Positions 58,125 through 64,000 of a stretch of 64,000 nt of DNA are shown piece after piece. A model generated the notes under the pieces. That model was not told where the DNA came from. It was given only the letters and a program-made list of their open reading frames with translations, and made no database searches. Position 1 is the first letter of the stretch, and each line of letters starts with the position of its first letter. The stretch lies in NCBI GenBank assembly GCA_002633005.1, contig NMRA01000244.1:240346-304345 (forward strand). The letters run 5' to 3'. This DNA comes from Phoronis australis (taxonomy: Eukaryota; Animalia; Phoronida). The translations under genes were made by a program, and so were the position numbers.

Positions 58125-61100
58125 CTAGGGAGCTTGGTTCTGGTCTTCAACTTTTAGTTTCTTGGTAATAGTCACGGGTGTGATTTGTTTCCTAGACAAA
58201 ATGAGACAAAGCTTGAATACAGGTGAATGGGAGTTGGTGCACACATTTACATTAAAGGACAGGTGAACATGTACACTACATCAACTCCATAGTGTAAACA
58301 ACACACGTGGTTGTCACAGTGTTCAAGCCAGGATGGGTGCATGAGCGACTCAAACTTCATCAGAATACCCTGTCAATAGACACAACAGTGCACACTACAA
58401 ACATGATTTGGTCACTTATCCCTTTTCTTTGTTTACTGGGATGTTTTAGAAGTATGTGGAAGAATTCGGATGATTTTTGTGGGATTTTGTTAACAAGATG
58501 CCAGATATTAGACACCTGGAGTGTTGTTAAGATTCCGAGATGACTTTTTCCCCTCAGGGATCAATGCCTGGAACAACATTTGCTTCTTATTTTGCATAGA
58601 AAGATCAACAAATTCGCAATGAAACTCGTAAATTTGGAACAAAAATAATTTCCAATATTGTCATTACTTCCAAAGGGTAACTGTAGTGCTGCAAAACTTG
58701 ACCACATTGCTAAGGCAACTTACGCATCAGATAATGGCAGGGTCCTTTTGACAGGGGTCACAACAGGTTTATTTGCTGCGGCAACAGAGGGCGCATTGGC
58801 TGCATCTGAAACAACGAATAGACATGTGGACGGATTAAGAAATCAAAACATACTAACTAAAAATCTTGTTTTTTCAAAATTGTTGAGTTTACGTACCTCG
58901 TGGAACATGAAACAACACAATGCAGCATTTTAAAGAATATTGCATAAAGCACAGTCTCTGAAAGTTTCATACAAATCCAATCAGCCATTTCTGAGATATA
59001 TGTTCCAACCATAGCCAAATTTGGACTATATTCATCCATCAACTACTGCCCAATTCTTTGAAACAAAACCAATGAATTCATGTCAACACTCAAAAGTTTG
59101 CACTGAGTTTAAATGCTTATAAGAACACACAAGTGTCCAAACACTTTGAGTGTGATCCACTCTGTGACAAATGAGGAAATGATTTAGCTTACCGTAACAA
59201 CACTGGGTGAAGTTGGCAAAATGGGGTTTAGCATTCTTTCAAACCAACCACTGGGCAACACTGGGTAACACTGAGGCACCACTGACCAACACTGAGGCAC
59301 CACTGACCAACACTGAGGCACCACTGATCAAACAACAGTTTATATACATGACACGTAGTCTGAATAATGAACTCACCTTGTAACCACCTGACCTGAGTGG
59401 CCGGGCCGTAACCTTTTTCATTCCGTGCAGCTATTCGGAATATGATAGCCGGCTTGGTCGTGTAGTCGATGTGCGCTGATGCGAGACTTGCTGAGGTGAC
59501 CACACATGAAGCGGTGGCGCCACAGTAGACACGCACAAATGCCAGTTGATTGGGGGTGACGGGTTTAGGCTCTGCCTGACTCCCTGCTGTGTTGCGTACA
59601 GCCAAATAAACGGAGTACTCCGTGATACGTCCCGCAGTGTTCTGAGGAGGCTCCCATGACAGGTGAGCACCGTCGTTACCCTAGCAACAACAACAACACA
59701 GTAGTTATACCACTAGTTTCTTAGACCACTGCATGAAATCTAACTCGTCAAATGCATTACGCACAAAGACCAATTCGTAACACACACACACACAAACACT
59801 CATTCAAGTGTATGACAATAATGAATCGCACCAGAGTTTAATACTGAAAAAAACACATTTTATCTAGAAGCTCACAAACAATCAACCCTTCTCACATCTC
59901 ACCTTGCTAATTTTGATAGCCGAGGGTGCCCCAGGAAATCCAGGCAAGCACGTCTTAAAGGCAGAGATATCACTGAATAAGCCACGGCCGCAGGCGTTGA
60001 TACCGGCCACCCTGAACTTGTAGGCCGTACCAGGCAACAACTCTTGCCTCTTGAGAAGTGTGTGGTCAGGCACGCTCACTACGTCAATGTCCTGCTGCTA
60101 CAAGTGACAAGCACACGCTGTCAGTCAATGTCACGTTAAAACAACATACAAGTGACAACCACATGCTGTCAGTCAATGTCACGTTAAAACAACATACCAT
60201 TATCAAAACAACATTTACAATTTAAATATTATCTAATAACTGTCTTTGTATCATTTACCTCCTCTTGGTACAATGCCAGACTTTCTTAAGTTTACAAAAA
60301 AGTGAGACAACCTTGTTTACTGTCATTCATTTAATAACACTAAATATTACACTGTGACGACAAACTGAATTTCGTGGAAAGATTTCTGAAACTGTTCCAA
60401 GATTTACATGGGCAAACACACAGGGATGGTGCTGAGCTGAATTTTGTTGGAGAATTTTTTATTGTCACACCTACTTGGACTGCACAGCGCTGAAGCCATA
60501 CATGCAACAGTTTGTATTAAGTCCACCCTATTTTACCAGTACTTAAATGTTACAGTCATTTCGAGTCACAAGTAAATGCAAGCGACTTGAGAAGCAGTAT
60601 TTTTTGACAACATTTACTAATCTACCTGAGTCACATCGCCATTGCCGAGGCCGGCCTCACTCGGCAGGTGGTAGTGTGACACGACCGTCGTTGTCCCTTT
60701 AATAATGCCCACATCATACCACTGGCTCACTTCCTTCTTGACTACAGTTGTGCCCCCTGGGGGCTTACTGGGAGATTCAGATGCTTCCTGAAGCAAGTGA
60801 CAGAACAAAGGCATGAGTGCAGGTATTTACAGGTGTGAATGCAGGTGCAAATAAACGGCTGTTCATGTACTAAAAAAATGAAAGAATACAAATATATCAA
60901 AGATCAAGTGATATCCTCGTAACATCCATTATGGCTTTGGGGAAAATGGTGATGAAGAGAATAAAAGCATATCTGATATCTGCTGTGACTTCCTGCTATA
61001 ACATCTGCTTTTATTTTCAGATTTTTGAAATGCCCAAACTTAAAAAACATCAAAACAACACAGGTTCAGCAGCACTAGACAATACCATGAATCAAATGAC

Positions 61101-64000
61101 ACGGCAGTTTACAATTCACATCACGAAAATACACCAGATTACCGTTTTGATGTCTTCGACCTTGACACCGCCATCTGTGGGCTTGCTACTGTTGGGAGCT
61201 GAACTGATTGTAGAAGGAACTTCACTATTGGCCGTCGTGCTGGCACTTGAGATGGCAGCACTGGCCAGGGTGGACAGGGGGTCTATGGAACAGGACAATG
61301 GCAGATTGAAAACATTCAGCTGCACTACTTAGCTATCCAAAAGTAAGCACAAAGCCACTGAACTTAAGAACCTTTCATTGACCAATATCATATTACCATA
61401 CCGCCTTAGAAATATAAGTACAAGTACAACAAATACCAAGCCCAGTGTACCTTACTACACTGCGCAGGATAAATATTCCTTTCAGGATAGACGCACTAAC
61501 TTAGGTCAGAGAAAACAGCATGCAAAATGACTAAATGTCCTCAATTAGTTCAAACAGCAGTACACTTTTTGGAAGCTAAGTGATTAAGGTAAAGATATCG
61601 TGGGATTTCTAAGCATTGTTACATACCATCACTTGAGGCATTCAGATCTGCTTCAGACTTTTCTCCTGCTTTGGCCGAGTCTTCCTGCATCGCCTCTGCA
61701 GACTTGACTGGCTCATCCTCTGTGCTAGCGCCTACAGAGGGCGCTGCCTTCAGTCCAGCCTCGCTCTTCTCTGGCTCACTTCCTACCTCACCCACAGTCT
61801 TCAGTTCTTCATTCTCGGCTTTTCCTTCCCCACTAGGTACGGGAGTTTCTGAGCTTTCTGAAGCACTTTCCTGGGGCGATTCTTTGTCAGCACCTGCAGT
61901 TTTTTGTTCCTCCTGTGGGGGCACCGTGTCCATGGCTTCTGGTTCTTTCACAGACGGTTCAGTCTCCTTGACTGCTGGCTCAGTCTCCTTTGCTGGCAGT
62001 TCATTCACTTTACCAGATGGCTCACCAGTCTCCTTAGCCGATGGTTCAGTCTCCATCGCTGCAGGTTCGGCCTCTTTTGCTGTTGTCGGCCCCGAGGATG
62101 CAGCTGGTTCGACTGGCTTGGGCTGTGGAAGATTTACAGCATGAAAGGTTAATTAATGTGTTGTTAGTGGTGAACAACCATACCCAAGAATTCAGCAGGT
62201 CCACAAACGTCAACGCAAAGTCCAGGCAAGTCGTTACTTATCCACATTTTCAGCGAACTGATTTTAACAACATGCGAATGTTTCCACTCCTATTTCCAAT
62301 AGCCACTGAAGCAAAAGAGCAACATTATAAAATAATTCCTAAAAGCAATTTCGAAAACAGTGCATAAAACACAGCAACTGGAAGTTTCAAATGAATTCCA
62401 TGTATCTCCCCCTAGAGGGCAGTACCAGTCATTGCACCACGTTACTCACTTGTTCCTCGTCAGCTTGCTTCTCTTCAACTGCAGCTGTACTAAGGGCGTC
62501 CGTTTCCATTGGGGTTTCACCTGTGGACGAGTCCTCCAACAGCTGGGCTGGAGGTTGTTGAGATACCTGCACAACCACCAAAAGGCAGGACACTATTAGT
62601 TACACAAAGGTCTGCCAATTCCGATAATTACACACAAGCTATTCAACTTTAATTCCGTTGCATTATAATTTCACCATAATGAAATAGGACTGTACACTAT
62701 TCAATGCTGCGGCTAATGCACACAGTACCAACCTTCAGGGGATCGCTAGCAGTTGTGCTGATAACAATAGGGGTCGTTGGCGTAGTTGTAGCCGCTGTGG
62801 TTACTGCGGTGGCGCTAGTAACAACACTCGGAGTGGAGACAGTGGAGGCTGGAAGGGTAAACATTGTGGACATGAGAAATATGGTACTAGTCATAATGGA
62901 CACGGAAACTATGAAAATTTAACGAAAATAGACAGGACTGGATATCTATTTTCAAATCACAAGTATTCCTTCATCACAGGCTTGATCAAATTGTAGTAGT
63001 TTCTCACCTGCAGTTGTGCCCAGAATCGTCAGCAATGGTTTGCCTGTAGATGTCACTGCGTTCTGCAGAACCTGTGGTAGTGTCCGTCCCGGTGACGTCT
63101 GCAGTGAGATGGTGGCGCCAGGAGCTGTAACGAACAGAAGAAAAGTCAGGTTGGTGGATAGGTGACAGAAGGCCCTCTGTAGTGTGATTTGAAAATCAAC
63201 TAAAACTGGATTTGTCAACTAAGCGTAAGCACTTTGACCACTTACAATGATCACCATGTCTGTACTTTCAACAACAATATTGAGAGACGAAAAGCCTTCA
63301 TTGTGAGGAGTTGCTACTTAAATACAATATTATTTTTATTTTCCACGAGAGAGTGGAAATGGGAGGCACAGGTATAAGTCAATATAAATCACTGTAATTA
63401 AGATGTGGACTTACTGGCTTGCTTGGCCTGAACAGCTTTGAGAGCGGAGCCTATTGTCTGTGTCTGTATTGTTTGACCCTGAGAGTTGACGACAATAATC
63501 TGTTGACCAGGAGTGGCACCTTTTGGCAGAGTCGTGAGAATCTTGGTCGGCGTTCCTGTGTGAAATGGGATAACATTGAGACCAGGACTATAACCACAAA
63601 CTTCTAGATCCTCTGATCCTTATTAAAAACTTAGAACACAAATAAGAGCTATAGGATTAAAGGTAACTAAAGCAAATGGTGGCTGAGTAATATAGGTATT
63701 AAAGAGCGACAAAATAATTCATTAGTCTTTGGTTGGGTAACCAGAATCTCACGTGCCACCATTTTAGAAATTTCTTTAAACTAGAACCTCTTTGACAGAA
63801 AAGTTCAGCAACAATTAATGCCATAATGTGAACAATGAACAGAGTTGATTGTTACCAACAGCTGTGCTCATACCTGTGCCAGTCAGGCCAGACTTAGGGG
63901 CAGCAATGACAATGGTCTGTTTTCCTCCAGCAGTCGTGGTGACAGTGGCCAGGCCTTGCTTGGCAGCGTTAAGAACACTTGACGGCAATGTTTTAACTAT
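58125..64000 (-). CDS. HCFC1: Host cell factor 1, 3' part (end of basic region, acidic region, Fn3 repeats, NLS); 5' end outside the window
   Basis: Exons: 63874->64000 (IVKTLP...[10 protein letters not shown]), 63415-63555 (TPTKILTT), 63008-63124, 62733-62848, 62450-62566, 61627-62122 (acidic), 61143-61282 ([10 protein letters not shown]), 60626-60787 ([11 protein letters not shown]), 59903-60091 ([20 protein letters not shown]...[19 protein letters not shown]), 59377-59680 (GAHLSWEPP...[26 protein letters not shown]), 58724-58805, 58125-58191 (KKLK, stop). Confidence 0.95.
59255..59330. repeat. 21-bp tandem repeat in an HCFC1 intron
   Basis: aacactgaggcaccactgacc x3. Confidence 0.8.

Noticed and set aside
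61671-62144. 157-aa + strand ORF
   Set aside because: Antisense shadow of the low-complexity acidic HCFC1 exon.

Overview
AT-rich metazoan genomic DNA, probably a lophotrochozoan or other marine invertebrate (inferred from the gene and repeat families). Five spliced housekeeping genes can be rebuilt by hand with phase-consistent GT-AG exons: vezatin (-, 1840-27748), CDC123 (+, 27996-39180; head-to-head with vezatin, 247 bp between ATGs), HEMK1 (-, 40786-45742), SMIM29 (+, 50015-53863) and the 3' part of HCFC1 (-, 58125 to beyond 64000). Vezatin intron 5 holds a complete intronless 535-aa DEG/ENaC channel ORF on the same strand, plus a possible two-exon coding remnant. Vezatin intron 1 holds a decayed BEL/Pao retrotransposon with a tRNA-His PBS. 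Introns carry many non-autonomous DNA elements (Kolobok-, Harbinger-, MULE/foldback-, hAT- and Helentron-type) and tandem repeats; several repeats copy splice sites and one copies a tRNA-Arg-like head. Two direct duplications centred on single 'n' bases (9616 and 24192) are most likely haplotype-overlap assembly artefacts. I found no clearly new multi-gene system; the best leads are the nested channel gene, the SMIM29 acceptor array and the HCFC1 junction with no visible cleavage signal. All gene identifications rest on motifs recalled from known orthologues, not on database searches.
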